This document shows, piece by piece, positions 1 through 10,050 of a stretch of 64,000 bases of DNA (positions are counted from its first letter, which is position 1; each line of letters begins with the position of its first letter). The DNA is taken from positions 878,594-942,593 of the forward strand of contig JBAZNA010000001.1 of NCBI GenBank assembly GCA_041649475.1, in the 5' to 3' direction. The translations under genes were made by a program, and so were the position numbers. The notes beneath the pieces were generated by a model that saw nothing but the letters and a program-made list of their open reading frames with translations, ran no database searches and was not told the origin of the DNA. Origin of the DNA: Patescibacteria group bacterium. GTDB lineage: Bacteria; Patescibacteriota; Patescibacteriia; Magasanikbacterales; GWA2-37-8.

Positions 1-199
1 ACACCCATGGCGGACAAATTCGCCTGCCTTTTGTTGGTCCGCTGGGAAGCGCACCGACTGACTTGCCTAAAAATTTTTATAAAGGTTTGAATTATTATCA
101 TTCAATTCCGGTATTTACTTCTGTCGGAGCTGGAGAATCAGGCGGACCGATCAGATTTTTAGATCCGCCGGAGATTTCAGTGATTGAACTGGTCCCCTG

Positions 200-238
200 A
201 AAAAAAAAGGTGCCCGACGCGAACGTTCGCGCCGGGCC
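200..238 (-). terminator. Intrinsic terminator of the GC-rich unit (minus strand): GGGCCCGGCGCGAACGUUCGCGUCGGGCACC followed by a U9 run
   Basis: Reverse complement of 209-238 gives a perfect 11-13 bp GC stem around an ACGU loop, immediately followed by T9 (A9 on the plus strand at 200-208). Confidence 0.6.
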
Positions 239-752
239 CGGACTTCTGCGAGTGGGCGGACTTGTCGCGTGCGATGGTGGTCGCGAGCGAACACGTCACT
301 CCCTGCTTCTCTCGTCTCTCCCGGTACCCCCGGGATCTTGTAACCCCCTCGCGCCGAAGCGCGAGGGGATGACGTGCCGATCAGCTTGTGGCCGTCGGCT
401 GACCCAGCTCCTCGCAGATGGAGATGGGCTATGTTGTGTCTGAACGGGTTCCGCCGTCCGCGGGTTGATGCTGCGTTCGCTGTCAGATCAGTTCCGTCGG
501 CGTAGTTGCCGGCGACGAACTTCTGACAGTGCAACTTGGGGGCCTGGCCGGCGCCGCTTGCTGTGCTGGCGCTAGCCGCCGAGGTCCCCGGCGCCGAGGT
601 GCGCGGCGACGTCGTCGTTGCCGCCCGCGCTGTCGTCGCCGATGTTGCCGATGCCCGATGTCATGGTCGTGAAGCCGTGGCTCACCCGTACTCCTCTCGT
701 CGCATGGCGTCCCTCCTGGTCGTCGTCGCATAGAAACGCAGACAACTTCGTT
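200..752 (-). other. GC-rich (~62% GC) promoter-to-terminator unit; candidate structured RNA and/or small-peptide gene (AGGAGG-N6-ATG 7-codon ORF, then a 30-codon Gly/Asp-rich ORF)
   Basis: Consensus promoter at 759-787 (minus) and terminator at 200-238 (minus) bracket about 550 nt with no convincing long ORF. The minus-strand RNA contains a C(UUCG)G-capped 9 bp stem (344-371), the long helix ctgtcaga...tctgacag (480-530) and CAUCGG direct repeats. Confidence 0.45.
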
Positions 753-758
753 GGGCAC

Positions 759-787
759 ATAATAGCACAAAATGATGAGTTTGTCAA
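759..787 (-). promoter_or_regulatory. Sigma70-like promoter TTGACA-17-TATTAT driving the GC-rich unit leftward
   Basis: Reverse complement of 782-787 is TTGACA; reverse complement of 759-764 is TATTAT; spacer is exactly 17 bp. A near-identical 30-mer occurs at 57221-57253. Confidence 0.6.
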
Positions 788-855
788 TAGTTTGGGCCTA
801 TAAAATACAAAAAAATCGCTTATTTTAGCGATTTTTTTATCAGATACTAATAATT

Positions 856-2148
856 TTATGGTTTCAACCTGCCAATAGTCCTCGGAAACGGGATACATTC
901 ACGAATATGTTCCACGCCCGTTATCCAGCGCACCGTGCGCTCCAAACCAATACCAAACCCCGAATGCGGCACACTGCCATATTTTCGCAAATCAGTATAC
1001 CACTGGTAGTCCGCTTCACTTAAGCCCTCGTCTTTGATGCGTTCATACAACAATTCATGATCATCCTCACGCTGGCTGCCGCCGATTAATTCTCCGGCTC
1101 CCTCAATTGCGATCAAATCGTCATTTAAAACCAGTTCCTGATTACTCGGATCGCGCTTCATGTAAAACGGTTTAATGCTTTTCGGCCATTTTTCTATAAA
1201 GACCGGCACCTCCGAATCTTTTGTCAGTAACACCTCATCATCATTGCCTAAATCCTCGCCGTATTTAATATCCGAACCAAGCTCATTTAATTTTTTAATT
1301 GCTTCATCATAAGTCAAACGCGTAAACGGCTGATCGGCCTTCTGTAGCGGTTCAACGTTTCTTTCCAAAATTTCCAATTCTTCTTTACAATTATTTAAAC
1401 AATAACGCACTATGTATCTAACCAATCCTTCCTGAATTTTTAGATTTTCTTCATGCTCCACAAAAGCCGCTTCCGCGTCCATCATCCAAAATTCGGTTAA
1501 ATGCCGTTTAGTTTTGCTCTTCTCGGCTCTAAAAACCGGTCCAAAATCATAACATCGTCCCACCGAAGCAATTGCCGCCTCAATATATAGCTGACCGGAT
1601 TGAGATAAGTAGGCAGTGCCCAAATCAAAATACGGAACCGGAAACAAGGTGGTCGTGCCTTCGCAGGCATTGGGCGTAAAAATTGGCGAGTCAACTTTTA
1701 TAAAATTTTCCTTATGCAGATACTCGTTGATGGCCGTAATAATCGCATCGCGCACGCGCAAAATCGCCCACTGCCTTTTGCTCCTAAGCCACAGATGGCG
1801 AAGATCCATCAAAAAATCAGGACCGTGCTCTTTTTTGCTAATCGGATAATCTTGCGCGTGCTGAATAATTTCCAAATTTTTTATCTGCAATTCATAAACA
1901 TTTTCTTTTTTGGGATGCTTGGTCACTGTGCCGGTAATTATCACCGATGATTCCTGCGACACATCCTCCACCCGAGTCCATGTCTCCTCGCTTAACTGGG
2001 CTTTGACAGCCACGGCCTGTATCCAGCCCGTACCATCCCGCAGTTCCAAGAACCCAATCGGCCCGGATGACCGCTTGTTATACAGCCAGCCCTTTATTGT
2101 AACCTCCTGCCCTACGTATTCGGATATATTCTTGATGAATGTGGACAT
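856..2148 (-). CDS. asnS: Asparaginyl-tRNA synthetase
   Basis: 430 aa; class II motifs [21 protein letters not shown] and [21 protein letters not shown] (PHSG is typical of AsnRS rather than AspRS). Confidence 0.85.
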   Translation of the reverse strand: MSTFIKNISEYVGQEVTIKGWLYNKRSSGPIGFLELRDGTGWIQAVAVKAQLSEETWTRVEDVSQESSVIITGTVTKHPKKENVYELQIKNLEIIQHAQDYPISKKEHGPDFLMDLRHLWLRSKRQWAILRVRDAIITAINEYLHKENFIKVDSPIFTPNACEGTTTLFPVPYFDLGTAYLSQSGQLYIEAAIASVGRCYDFGPVFRAEKSKTKRHLTEFWMMDAEAAFVEHEENLKIQEGLVRYIVRYCLNNCKEELEILERNVEPLQKADQPFTRLTYDEAIKKLNELGSDIKYGEDLGNDDEVLLTKDSEVPVFIEKWPKSIKPFYMKRDPSNQELVLNDDLIAIEGAGELIGGSQREDDHELLYERIKDEGLSEADYQWYTDLRKYGSVPHSGFGIGLERTVRWITGVEHIRECIPFPRTIGRLKP

Positions 2149-2152
2149 ATTT

Positions 2153-2722
2153 TTAAATTATTCCTAAACTTTTGGCATTTTTAATAAAATCCGGAAGCGG
2201 CCTGCCGTTATGCACCTGCACAAATTTATCTATTATTACAAACAACTGCTCCGCCGGCAGCTTGACAAACCTCTCCAACTCCTCCCCATAGCCAAACAAA
2301 CTCCACAATTTCAAAAGATAATTATTGATTATATTTAAAGGGCTTTTTACCGGCTCGGTATTCAAAAAATGTAAAAAATTTAAAAGTAAATTAAAAATTT
2401 TTTCATCTTTCTCTTCGGTTAAGGTAAACTCATCCAAAACGCGCACAGCATAACCGGCCAAAAAACTTTTGGTTAAGTCGCGCCTAATGTTACCATACAT
2501 TTCCAGCGCTTGTACTTTTGTTAAATGATCAAATTCCTTGCCTTCGGCCACTTCAATTTCCGAGAACGTCGGCCTCTCCAGCCCGGCCGCATTTTTACTG
2601 GTCATTTTTTTAATTCCCTTGGCCAAAAGATTCAATTTGCCGCGCTCAAACGTATAAAGAGAAACCACCTGATCAAATTCTTTTAAATCACGTCTTCCTA
2701 AAGCAATGGCCAGCATAATCAT
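2153..2722 (-). CDS. recO: DNA repair protein RecO-like (short form)
   Basis: 189 aa; N-terminal OB-fold-like pattern ([21 protein letters not shown]) in the typical position between the YqgF/Era region genes. Confidence 0.6.
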   Translation of the reverse strand: MIMLAIALGRRDLKEFDQVVSLYTFERGKLNLLAKGIKKMTSKNAAGLERPTFSEIEVAEGKEFDHLTKVQALEMYGNIRRDLTKSFLAGYAVRVLDEFTLTEEKDEKIFNLLLNFLHFLNTEPVKSPLNIINNYLLKLWSLFGYGEELERFVKLPAEQLFVIIDKFVQVHNGRPLPDFIKNAKSLGII

Positions 2723-3099
2723 TTTTTGTTTTTATAACTCTCCAAAATCACCATGGCCGCTTTTTCATCACGGCTAACGCCTCCGCCCATCTGATCGGCC
2801 TGTTGCGAAGAAAACATTTCATTTACATAATCAATTTTGACATCAGTGCGGTTTTGGAATAGTTCCGCAAAATTTCTAATCTGCTTTGTATGTCCATTTT
2901 CCGTTCCGTCCAGATTAAAGGGCAAGCCAAAAACGACTTCGTCAATTTTTTCTTTTTTAACCAAATCGGTTAATTTAGCCAGTGCGTCAGATTCACTTTC
3001 ATTTAAAATTATTCCAAACGGCAAAACCACATCCAAGCCGGTATCCATCCAGGCCAGGCCAATTCTTTTTTCGCCATAGTCAACACCCAAAATGTTCAT
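2719..3099 (-). CDS. ruvX: Holliday-junction resolvase-like RuvX/YqgF
   Basis: 126 aa; N-terminal ILGVDYGEKRIGLAW motif; 4 nt overlap with recO. Confidence 0.85.
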   Translation of the reverse strand: MNILGVDYGEKRIGLAWMDTGLDVVLPFGIILNESESDALAKLTDLVKKEKIDEVVFGLPFNLDGTENGHTKQIRNFAELFQNRTDVKIDYVNEMFSSQQADQMGGGVSRDEKAAMVILESYKNKK

Positions 3100-3100
3100 A

Positions 3101-3910
3101 CTAAAAATTTTCTTCCTTCTCCTTCGGCCTTCTGGTTAAAACTTCGTGACCATTTTTGGTCACTACCAAAGTGTGTTCAAAGTGAGCGCACAAAGACCTG
3201 TCAGCCATTTCAATTGTCCAGCCGTCTTTGGCGGTTCTGACGTTATAATTACCCAAAGCAATCATTGGTTCTATGGCAATAACCATGCCTGGTCTTAATT
3301 TATAACGTTCCATTGACTGATCATAAAAATTTGGAATTGGCGGATCTTCGTGCACGGCAGTTCCAACTCCATGCCCGACCAAGTCCCTGATAATACTGTA
3401 TTTTCCTTGTGATTTTACGTATTCTTCTATGGCCAAACCGATATCTGCCACTGTGTTACCCGGCTTTACCGCCTTCATACCCACCTCAAGCGCCTCACGC
3501 GTAACCCCAAGTAATTTTTTAATCTTTGGCGACACTTCGCCTATGGGAACTGTGATGGCTGTATCTGTGTAATAACCGTGTCCGCCTTTAGCGGGCCATT
3601 CCATGCCGATATCAATGCTAAAAATATCGCCGTTTTTTAAAATTCTATTTTTATGCGGAACCCCGTGCACCAATTCATGGTTTAAGGAGGCGCAAATAGT
3701 TCCGGGGAAAGGAATCTCGCCGGCACGGCTGGCGTAATCTTTAAAAGACGGCTTGCCGCCGGCCTCTATAATCATTTTTTCCGCGGCCAAATCAACCGCC
3801 AAAGTAGAAATCCCGGGCCGACACACTTTTTTAAGTTCAGCTAAAATGCGGCTGATGATCTGGCCGCCTTTTTTAATTTGGGCAATTTCCTTGGCGCTTT
3901 TTATTAACAT
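3101..3910 (-). CDS. map: Methionine aminopeptidase type I
   Basis: 269 aa; metal-ligand motifs such as HGVGTAVHEDP and a C-terminal E. Confidence 0.9.
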   Translation of the reverse strand: MLIKSAKEIAQIKKGGQIISRILAELKKVCRPGISTLAVDLAAEKMIIEAGGKPSFKDYASRAGEIPFPGTICASLNHELVHGVPHKNRILKNGDIFSIDIGMEWPAKGGHGYYTDTAITVPIGEVSPKIKKLLGVTREALEVGMKAVKPGNTVADIGLAIEEYVKSQGKYSIIRDLVGHGVGTAVHEDPPIPNFYDQSMERYKLRPGMVIAIEPMIALGNYNVRTAKDGWTIEMADRSLCAHFEHTLVVTKNGHEVLTRRPKEKEENF

Positions 3911-3911
3911 A

Positions 3912-4499
3912 CTATTTGCGACCGGCTAAAATCTTATCAATGCTTTTTTCCACTTCGGCAATACTGGGACTGCCGTCAACCTCCGCGAGCAAACCCTTGT
4001 CTTTATAAAAATTTAAAATCGGCGCCAGCGCTTTGGTTCCCTGGGTTTTCACTCTCTCCTCTACGACTTTTTGTTCATCATCTTGTCTGTTCTCAAGCAA
4101 TTTACGCTTTGCCAGCCGCGCAAAAATTTCTTTGTCCGTTAAGGAAACATGGAATACAAGCACGCTAAGTTTGTTTTCTTGAAAAAACTTTTGAAAATCT
4201 CCGGCTTGTTTTAAATTTCTAATCGCTCCGTCAAGCACGACGCCGTCTTTATTTTTTAAATCTTTAATAATCTGGGCAAAAGTTAACCGGTAAATCAAAT
4301 CATCCGGAGCCAACTCGCCTTCTTTTAAAACTTCATCCAAAATATTTTTTTCCTTTAGAGAAATCTCCGGGCTTTTGTATAAACTCCTTAACAAATCACC
4401 GGTGGAGATGTGCTCGTAATTATATTTCTCGGCTATTTTTTTGGCTTGCGTGCCCTTGCCTGACCCCGGCGGGCCAATCATTATAATAACTTTTTCCAT
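3912..4499 (-). CDS. adk: Adenylate kinase
   Basis: 195 aa; P-loop IGPPGSGKGTQA; lies in the SecY-Adk-Map order. Confidence 0.9.
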   Translation of the reverse strand: MEKVIIMIGPPGSGKGTQAKKIAEKYNYEHISTGDLLRSLYKSPEISLKEKNILDEVLKEGELAPDDLIYRLTFAQIIKDLKNKDGVVLDGAIRNLKQAGDFQKFFQENKLSVLVFHVSLTDKEIFARLAKRKLLENRQDDEQKVVEERVKTQGTKALAPILNFYKDKGLLAEVDGSPSIAEVEKSIDKILAGRK

Positions 4500-4576
4500 G
4501 TTGTATTGTGTTTTAATTAAAAAAAGGCTTTTTAAGCCCCTTTAGTTTATCATGTGTCTATATTTATTTCAATATG

Positions 4577-5851
4577 CTAGATCTGGTCGTAAGCATGCAT
4601 GGTCAGCTGTGCTTCTATTTGTTTAGCCGTCTCAATTGCCACTGAAACCACGATTAACAAACTGGTACCGCCGATGGCCAAGCTGTTTGTGCCCATGAAG
4701 CCCTGAACTATCAAAGGTAAAATGGCAATTATGCCCAAAAATAAAGCGCCAATTAAATTTATGCGATTCATGGTTTCGCCCAGATATTTTTCGGTCTCTT
4801 TGCCCGGTCTTATGCCCGGAATAAAACCGCCTTGTTTTTGCAAATTTTCAGCAATTTTTTGCGGATGGAAAATAACGGCCGTATAAAAATAGGTAAAGCC
4901 GAAAACCAACACAAAATACATTATGGCATAAAAAATCTGGTTCTGAAAAATGGCTATGGTGTGAGTCGCGAAGTTGGCAATCCAGGCGGTTTTGGCTTGG
5001 GCAAAAAATTGAGCGATAAGCGGCGGAAACAGGATCAAAGAGATGGCAAAGATAATCGGAATAACTCCGGCCATATTCACGCGCAAAGGCAAATGAGAGG
5101 TACTGCCTCCATACATACGGTTGCCGCGCACCTGTTTGGCGTAATTTACCGGAATATTGCGCTGGCCTTCATTTATGAACACCACCCCGACGATGGTTAA
5201 AAGGGCAATGCCGGCAAATAAAATCATTGTATAAAAATCGGCCGAGCTATAATTTAAAGACATGGTTCTTATCGCTCCGGGCAAAGAAGCCACAATGCCG
5301 GAAAATATCAGCAGAGAAATTCCATTGCCGATTTTTTGTTCGGTAATAAGTTCACCGAGCCACATCAAAAACATGGTACCACCGGTTATGGTGATCATAA
5401 TGGTGAAAAGGCGAAAAGGATTGATGTCGGTTATGATGGGTAAAGCCGAATTGCTAAGCAGTTTAATCATGGCGTAGGATTGTAAAAACGCCAAAGGAAC
5501 GGTAAGCAAACGCGTATAATTATTAATCTTCTGCTGGCCGGCTTCGCCTTCTTTGGTCATCTCTTCAAGCTTAGGCACGATCATGCTAAGCAACTGGAAA
5601 ATGATTGAAGCGGTGATATAAGGACCGACGCCAAGCATGACTATGGAAAAATTTTTCATTGTTCCGCCGGAAAAAACGTCCAATAAGCCAAAGACCTGAT
5701 TGCCGGCTAGAAACTGCCTTAAATTTTCCAAATTTATACCCGGGATTGGAATGTGGGCAACCAATCTGAAAACAACCAAAAGCGCAAGCACAAACAAAAC
5801 CTTGTTTCTGATGTCTTTAATTTTCCAGACCTGCTGGATTTTATCCCACAT
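4577..5851 (-). CDS. secY: Preprotein translocase SecY
   Basis: 424 aa polytopic membrane protein in the canonical position after L15. Confidence 0.95.
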   Translation of the reverse strand: MWDKIQQVWKIKDIRNKVLFVLALLVVFRLVAHIPIPGINLENLRQFLAGNQVFGLLDVFSGGTMKNFSIVMLGVGPYITASIIFQLLSMIVPKLEEMTKEGEAGQQKINNYTRLLTVPLAFLQSYAMIKLLSNSALPIITDINPFRLFTIMITITGGTMFLMWLGELITEQKIGNGISLLIFSGIVASLPGAIRTMSLNYSSADFYTMILFAGIALLTIVGVVFINEGQRNIPVNYAKQVRGNRMYGGSTSHLPLRVNMAGVIPIIFAISLILFPPLIAQFFAQAKTAWIANFATHTIAIFQNQIFYAIMYFVLVFGFTYFYTAVIFHPQKIAENLQKQGGFIPGIRPGKETEKYLGETMNRINLIGALFLGIIAILPLIVQGFMGTNSLAIGGTSLLIVVSVAIETAKQIEAQLTMHAYDQI

Positions 5852-5866
5852 AATATAAGGGAATGA

Positions 5867-6307
5867 TTATTTGATTTCTCCGCCAACGCTTTTTATTTTT
5901 TCGGCGGCTTTGGGGGTGCAAATGATGCCTTCCAAGGTTAATTTTTTGGCCAGATCGCCCTTAAACACAACTTTGGCGGCTTTGGCGTTATTGTTAATTA
6001 TATTCTTCTCTTTCAAAGAAGACAAATTCACAACCTCGCCTTCGTTATATTTTCTATCTAAATCGCTAAGATACACCTCGGCCGGTTTTATTTTTAAACT
6101 GTGAAAACCGCGCAATTTTTTAGTTGATGCCATTAAATATTTAAAGCCCTTCAGGTTTAATCCGCGGCTTCCGCCCGAACGGGCGGTCTGGCCTTTGCCG
6201 CCTCTGGTAGAATAATTACCGTGGCCGGAGGCATTGCCTCGGCCAAGTATTTTGCGCTTGCGTTTTGAACCACGGGCCGGCTTAATTGTGTTTGGTTGTA
6301 ACATCAT
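5867..6307 (-). CDS. rplO: Ribosomal protein L15
   Basis: 146 aa; Gly/Arg-rich N-terminus (GRGNASGHGNYSTRGGKGQ). Confidence 0.9.
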   Translation of the reverse strand: MMLQPNTIKPARGSKRKRKILGRGNASGHGNYSTRGGKGQTARSGGSRGLNLKGFKYLMASTKKLRGFHSLKIKPAEVYLSDLDRKYNEGEVVNLSSLKEKNIINNNAKAAKVVFKGDLAKKLTLEGIICTPKAAEKIKSVGGEIK

Positions 6308-6312
6308 ATTTA

Positions 6313-6792
6313 TTACTGTTTTGCTTTAAACAATTGCAGGGCCTCAAAAGCGGCCTTCAAGATTGTCACCTTATTTTTTGTTTTGCCTAAAATTTTTGAG
6401 GAAACATTCGGTATGCCGGCCAATTCCAACAGCGAACGCACAGCGCCGCCGGCGATAATTCCAGATCCCTTTGGGGCCGGTTTGAGCATAATGGTAGCGG
6501 CCTTAAATTTATAATAAATGGGGTGCGGAATGGTTTCATTGACAATTGGCACGTGAATCATATTCTTTTTGGCCTGATGAACGGCCTTCTCAACTCCCAA
6601 CTGCACATCCTTGCCTTTGGCCAAACCAAAACCGACTTTGCCGTGCCGGTCGCCCAAAATAACGCAAGCGCGAAAACTCAAATGCTTGCCGCCTTTAGTA
6701 ACTCTGGTAACGCGGCTCAAATCAAGAATATATTGATCATATTCGCTTTTTTCGCGCGGTTTGTCGCCTCTTCTGTTTGATGGTCTATTCAT
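6313..6792 (-). CDS. rpsE: Ribosomal protein S5 (directly followed by L15; no L30 gene)
   Basis: 159 aa S5 fold; only a 5 nt gap to rplO, so there is no room for rpmD. Confidence 0.9.
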   Translation of the reverse strand: MNRPSNRRGDKPREKSEYDQYILDLSRVTRVTKGGKHLSFRACVILGDRHGKVGFGLAKGKDVQLGVEKAVHQAKKNMIHVPIVNETIPHPIYYKFKAATIMLKPAPKGSGIIAGGAVRSLLELAGIPNVSSKILGKTKNKVTILKAAFEALQLFKAKQ

Positions 6793-6807
6793 ATATCAAT
6801 TTTATCT

Positions 6808-7182
6808 TTAGAACACTAATCCGCCTTCTCTGGCGCCTTCAGCCAGCGCTTTCACCCGGCCATGATATTTATATCCGGCTCTGTCAAAAACAACCTTGGT
6901 TATTTTTTTGGCCTTGGCCTTTTCCGCCAATAATTTTCCAACCATATAAGCAGTGCCAATCTTGCCGGCATATTTTTCGGCTTTCTGTTTGACAACTTCT
7001 TTGGCGCTGACATAGCACAAGGTCTGGCCCTTATCATCATTGATCAATTGGGCGGTAACAGATCTTAAGCCCCTAAATATGGATAATCTCGGCTTTAGGG
7101 CTGTGCCTACTATCGTGGCTCTGACTCTGGCGTGCCTCACCTGGCGCAGCTTATTTTTATTTTTTTTGAATAATCTTTTCAT
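6808..7182 (-). CDS. rplR: Ribosomal protein L18
   Basis: 124 aa; conserved order between S5 and L6. Confidence 0.9.
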   Translation of the reverse strand: MKRLFKKNKNKLRQVRHARVRATIVGTALKPRLSIFRGLRSVTAQLINDDKGQTLCYVSAKEVVKQKAEKYAGKIGTAYMVGKLLAEKAKAKKITKVVFDRAGYKYHGRVKALAEGAREGGLVF

Positions 7183-7196
7183 ATAAATTTATCATT

Positions 7197-7745
7197 TTAA
7201 GCGGCGGCCTTGGTGGCGGTCTTGCCGGCTTTGCGTCTTATCACCTCGTCAATATATCTTATACCCTTGCCCTTGTATGGCTCGGGTTTTTTGACGCGTC
7301 TAATCTGCGCGGCTATTTCGCCAACCACCTGTTTATCAAAACCTTCCACGGTTATTAAATTTTTTTCAACGGCAAATTTTATTCCCTGTGGCGGTACAAC
7401 CTCAACCGGATGGGAAAAACCCACTTCCAACATTAAATTTGCGCCTTTCATCGCGGCTTTAAAACCAACGCCGTTTATTTCCAGCTGTTTTTTAAATCCC
7501 TCGGTTACGCCTTTCACCATATTCAAAATCAAACTGGCAAAAGTCCCCCAAAGCGCCCTGTCCTGTTTATTATTCGGACTGACTACGCTCAAACTAAAAC
7601 CGTCCGCTTCTTTGGCAACCGTAACGTGCGGATGTAATTTCTGCCGTAACTCGCCTTTTGGACCCTTAACTACAACTTCATCCTTTTGAATCTCTAAGGT
7701 GACGCCCGACGGTAAAGTAATTTTCTTTTTGCCTATTCTAGACAT
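7197..7745 (-). CDS. rplF: Ribosomal protein L6
   Basis: 182 aa; two-domain L6 pattern. Confidence 0.9.
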   Translation of the reverse strand: MSRIGKKKITLPSGVTLEIQKDEVVVKGPKGELRQKLHPHVTVAKEADGFSLSVVSPNNKQDRALWGTFASLILNMVKGVTEGFKKQLEINGVGFKAAMKGANLMLEVGFSHPVEVVPPQGIKFAVEKNLITVEGFDKQVVGEIAAQIRRVKKPEPYKGKGIRYIDEVIRRKAGKTATKAAA

Positions 7746-7750
7746 ATAAT

Positions 7751-8140
7751 TTAGAACACTTCACAAATTAATTCACCGCCAAGGTGCATATTTCTGGCCT
7801 CAACGTTGGTTAATAATCCTTTTGGCGTAGATAAAATGGCCAAACCAAAACCGCTTAACACGGTCTGAATTTCCTCATTCTTAACATAGCGGCGATGTCC
7901 GGGCTTGCTGATTCTTTTGACATTGTTAATAGCCGGTTGACCGTTATAATACTTCAGGGTCAGCATAATTTGCGGATGAGTTTCTTTTACTTCTTCGGCC
8001 TTAATTAAATAGCCGTTCTTAACCAAAATATCAGCAATGGCCATTTTCAATTTTGAGTATGGCACAACAACCTCTTTCTTATGAACGTTAGAGGCGTTTC
8101 GTATTCTGGTTAGCATGTCAGCTATAGGGTCCGTCATCAT
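7751..8140 (-). CDS. rpsH: Ribosomal protein S8 (start moved to the internal Met before DPIADMLTRIRNA)
   Basis: DPIADMLTRIRN signature; the track ORF 7751-8164 overlaps S14, and the internal Met removes that overlap. Confidence 0.85.
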   Translation of the reverse strand: MMTDPIADMLTRIRNASNVHKKEVVVPYSKLKMAIADILVKNGYLIKAEEVKETHPQIMLTLKYYNGQPAINNVKRISKPGHRRYVKNEEIQTVLSGFGLAILSTPKGLLTNVEARNMHLGGELICEVF

Positions 8141-8157
8141 AAATGTTATCTTATTAA

Positions 8158-8343
8158 TTACCAACTTGATTTTCTAATTCCCGGAATCTTTCCTTGATTG
8201 GCCAATTCTCTAAAACAAATACGGCACAACCCGAACTTACCCATGTAACCATGCACGCGTCCGCATTTCCAGCAGCGTCTGACTTTTCTGGTTGAAAATT
8301 TGGGTTTTCGGTTTGATTTTGCGATTTGCGATTGAGTAGCCAT
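8158..8343 (-). CDS. rpsN: Ribosomal protein S14, zinc-binding type Z
   Basis: 61 aa; CWKCGRVHGYMGKFGLCRICFRE CxxC...CxxC motif. Confidence 0.9.
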   Translation of the reverse strand: MATQSQIAKSNRKPKFSTRKVRRCWKCGRVHGYMGKFGLCRICFRELANQGKIPGIRKSSW

Positions 8344-8346
8344 ATA

Positions 8347-8889
8347 TTACTTAACAAAAGGAATTCCTAAATGAGTTAATAGCGATTTGCCTTCTTCTTT
8401 GTTTTTAGCCGTCGTATTGATAATTATCTGCAAACCGTGCATTTTTTCAATATCTTCCGATTTAATTTCCGGAAAAGACAAGTTTTCTTTAAAACCAATC
8501 GTATAATTTCCATTGTGATCAAAACTTTTTGCTGACACGCCTCTAAAGTCGCGGACGCGCGGCAAGGTAATGGAAACTAACTTTTCTAAAAACTGGTACA
8601 TTCTCGGTCCGCGCAAAGTAACCATCACGCCGATATCCATGCCTTCTCTGATTTTAAAGTTGGAAATAGATTTTTTGGCTTTGGTTCTGACCGGTTTCTG
8701 GCCGGAAATCTTGGTCAGCGTGCTTTCCACATTTTCTATAAAATGCGGCTCTTTAATAAAGCGGCCCACCCCGGCATTAATAATTATTTTGGCCACCCTT
8801 GGCGTTTGCATAATATTTTTGTAGCCAAATTCCGCCTTCATCGCCGGCACAACTTCCTTTTTGTATTTTTCGTATAAATTCACTTTCAT
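8347..8889 (-). CDS. rplE: Ribosomal protein L5 (start set at MKVNLYEKY to avoid overlap with L24)
   Basis: L5 N-terminal pattern; the track ORF 8347-8961 overlaps rplX. Confidence 0.85.
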   Translation of the reverse strand: MKVNLYEKYKKEVVPAMKAEFGYKNIMQTPRVAKIIINAGVGRFIKEPHFIENVESTLTKISGQKPVRTKAKKSISNFKIREGMDIGVMVTLRGPRMYQFLEKLVSITLPRVRDFRGVSAKSFDHNGNYTIGFKENLSFPEIKSEDIEKMHGLQIIINTTAKNKEEGKSLLTHLGIPFVK

Positions 8890-8893
8890 ATTG

Positions 8894-9202
8894 TTATTCA
8901 ATGACTTCGTTGCATTTTTTACACTGTCGCTTTTTGACATTCGCTTCTGTTTTATAGCCAACCCTGGTTTCCTTGCTGCATTTTGGACAAATCAGGACTA
9001 CATTGCTGGCATGAATCGGTCCGGCCAATTCTATGGTCTGGCCCTTCTCGCCTTTGCGCTGGGTCTTCATGTGTTTTTTTATCATATTCGCGCCTTCCAC
9101 TACCACTCTTTCTCTCTTTGGAAAAACCTGAAGTACCTTGCCGGTCTTACCCTTGTCTTTTCCGGTGATAATTTTTACCTGATCGTTGGTTTTTATTTTC
9201 AT
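8894..9202 (-). CDS. rplX: Ribosomal protein L24 with a C-terminal CxxC...CxxC zinc-ribbon extension
   Basis: 102 aa; KOW motif [10 protein letters not shown] plus CPKCSKE...CKKCNE at the C-terminus. Confidence 0.85.
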   Translation of the reverse strand: MKIKTNDQVKIITGKDKGKTGKVLQVFPKRERVVVEGANMIKKHMKTQRKGEKGQTIELAGPIHASNVVLICPKCSKETRVGYKTEANVKKRQCKKCNEVIE

Positions 9203-9210
9203 ATGAGATT

Positions 9211-9582
9211 TTACAAAACTTCAGGCGCTAAAGAAATAATTTTCTGAAAACCTTTTGTTCGCAATTCTCTGGCTACCGGACCCAAAATACGCGTGCCTTT
9301 CGGTTCTTTTGTTTTCCTGTCAATTAACACGGCCGCGTTGTCGTCAAAACGAATATAAGTGCCGTCCGGTCTTCGTCTTTCTTTATGTTGTCTGACAATC
9401 ACCACATGCACAACCTCGCCTTTTTTGACCAAGCCATGCGGAGCGGCTTCTTTTACCGCGCAAGTGACAACATCCCCAAGCTGGGCGTATCTTTTTTTAT
9501 AGCCGCCAAGCACGCGGATGCACTGCAATCTTTTTGCTCCGGAATTGTCTGCAACCACCAGAATTGTTCTATGTTGAATCAT
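9211..9582 (-). CDS. rplN: Ribosomal protein L14
   Basis: 123 aa; [17 protein letters not shown]. Confidence 0.95.
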   Translation of the reverse strand: MIQHRTILVVADNSGAKRLQCIRVLGGYKKRYAQLGDVVTCAVKEAAPHGLVKKGEVVHVVIVRQHKERRRPDGTYIRFDDNAAVLIDRKTKEPKGTRILGPVARELRTKGFQKIISLAPEVL

Positions 9583-9589
9583 ATACGGC

Positions 9590-9850
9590 TTAAGTATTTT
9601 TCTTTAAAACTTCAACCAATCTCCATCTTTTGGTTTTTGATAAGGGGCGGCATTCCACAAAACTGACAATATCCCCGAGTTTAGCTTCGCTCTTTTCATC
9701 ATGAACCAAATATTTACGGCTGACCTTATAGGACTTGTTGTATTTCTCATGCAGTTTCATGGCATCAACACGCACGGCAATGGTTTTTTTCATAGCCGCG
9801 GAAACGACCTGGCCTTCAAATTTTCTCGGATTGATTTGTTTTTTCTCCAT
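9590..9850 (-). CDS. rpsQ: Ribosomal protein S17
   Basis: 86 aa; conserved position. Confidence 0.9.
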   Translation of the reverse strand: MEKKQINPRKFEGQVVSAAMKKTIAVRVDAMKLHEKYNKSYKVSRKYLVHDEKSEAKLGDIVSFVECRPLSKTKRWRLVEVLKKNT

Positions 9851-9854
9851 ATAT

Positions 9855-10049
9855 TTATTTCTTTTTTGCCATTTGTTTTAAAAGCATGGAAATACGGGCA
9901 ATCGTTTTCTTAACCAAATTAATTTTATGAACCTGCTTTAATTGCCGGTTGTGCGCCTGAAAAGCAAGATTCTGCAAGTCCTGTCTTTGCAAATTCAATA
10001 ATTCTTTTAATTCCGCTTCGCTTCTGCTTTTAAGATCAGCAAACTCCAT
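9855..10049 (-). CDS. rpmC: Ribosomal protein L29
   Basis: 64 aa helical protein; conserved position. Confidence 0.85.
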   Translation of the reverse strand: MEFADLKSRSEAELKELLNLQRQDLQNLAFQAHNRQLKQVHKINLVKKTIARISMLLKQMAKKK

Positions 10050-10050
10050 A

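Noticed and set aside
5-20. 17-mer CCATGGCGGACAAATT shared between 4-20 and 11643-11659 (inside rpsS)
   Set aside because: A single 17-mer coincidence in 64 kb has a non-negligible chance probability. There is no extended similarity on either side.
200-260. AGAAGUCCGGGCCC on the minus-strand transcript resembles the RNase P CR-I motif GGAAAGUCCGGGCUCC
   Set aside because: It lies at the extreme 3' end, inside the terminator, and not ~60 nt from the 5' end. The partnering CR-V, P4 and CR-II/III motifs are absent.
483-770. 95 aa Arg-rich ORF (HRQHRRRQRGRQRRRRRAPRRRG), plus the ORFs at 151-534 and 572-898, in the first GC-rich unit
   Set aside because: Low-complexity frames in ~62% GC sequence. 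The only start with an SD gives a 7-codon ORF. No homology is recognisable. The transcript is treated as an RNA or small-peptide unit instead.
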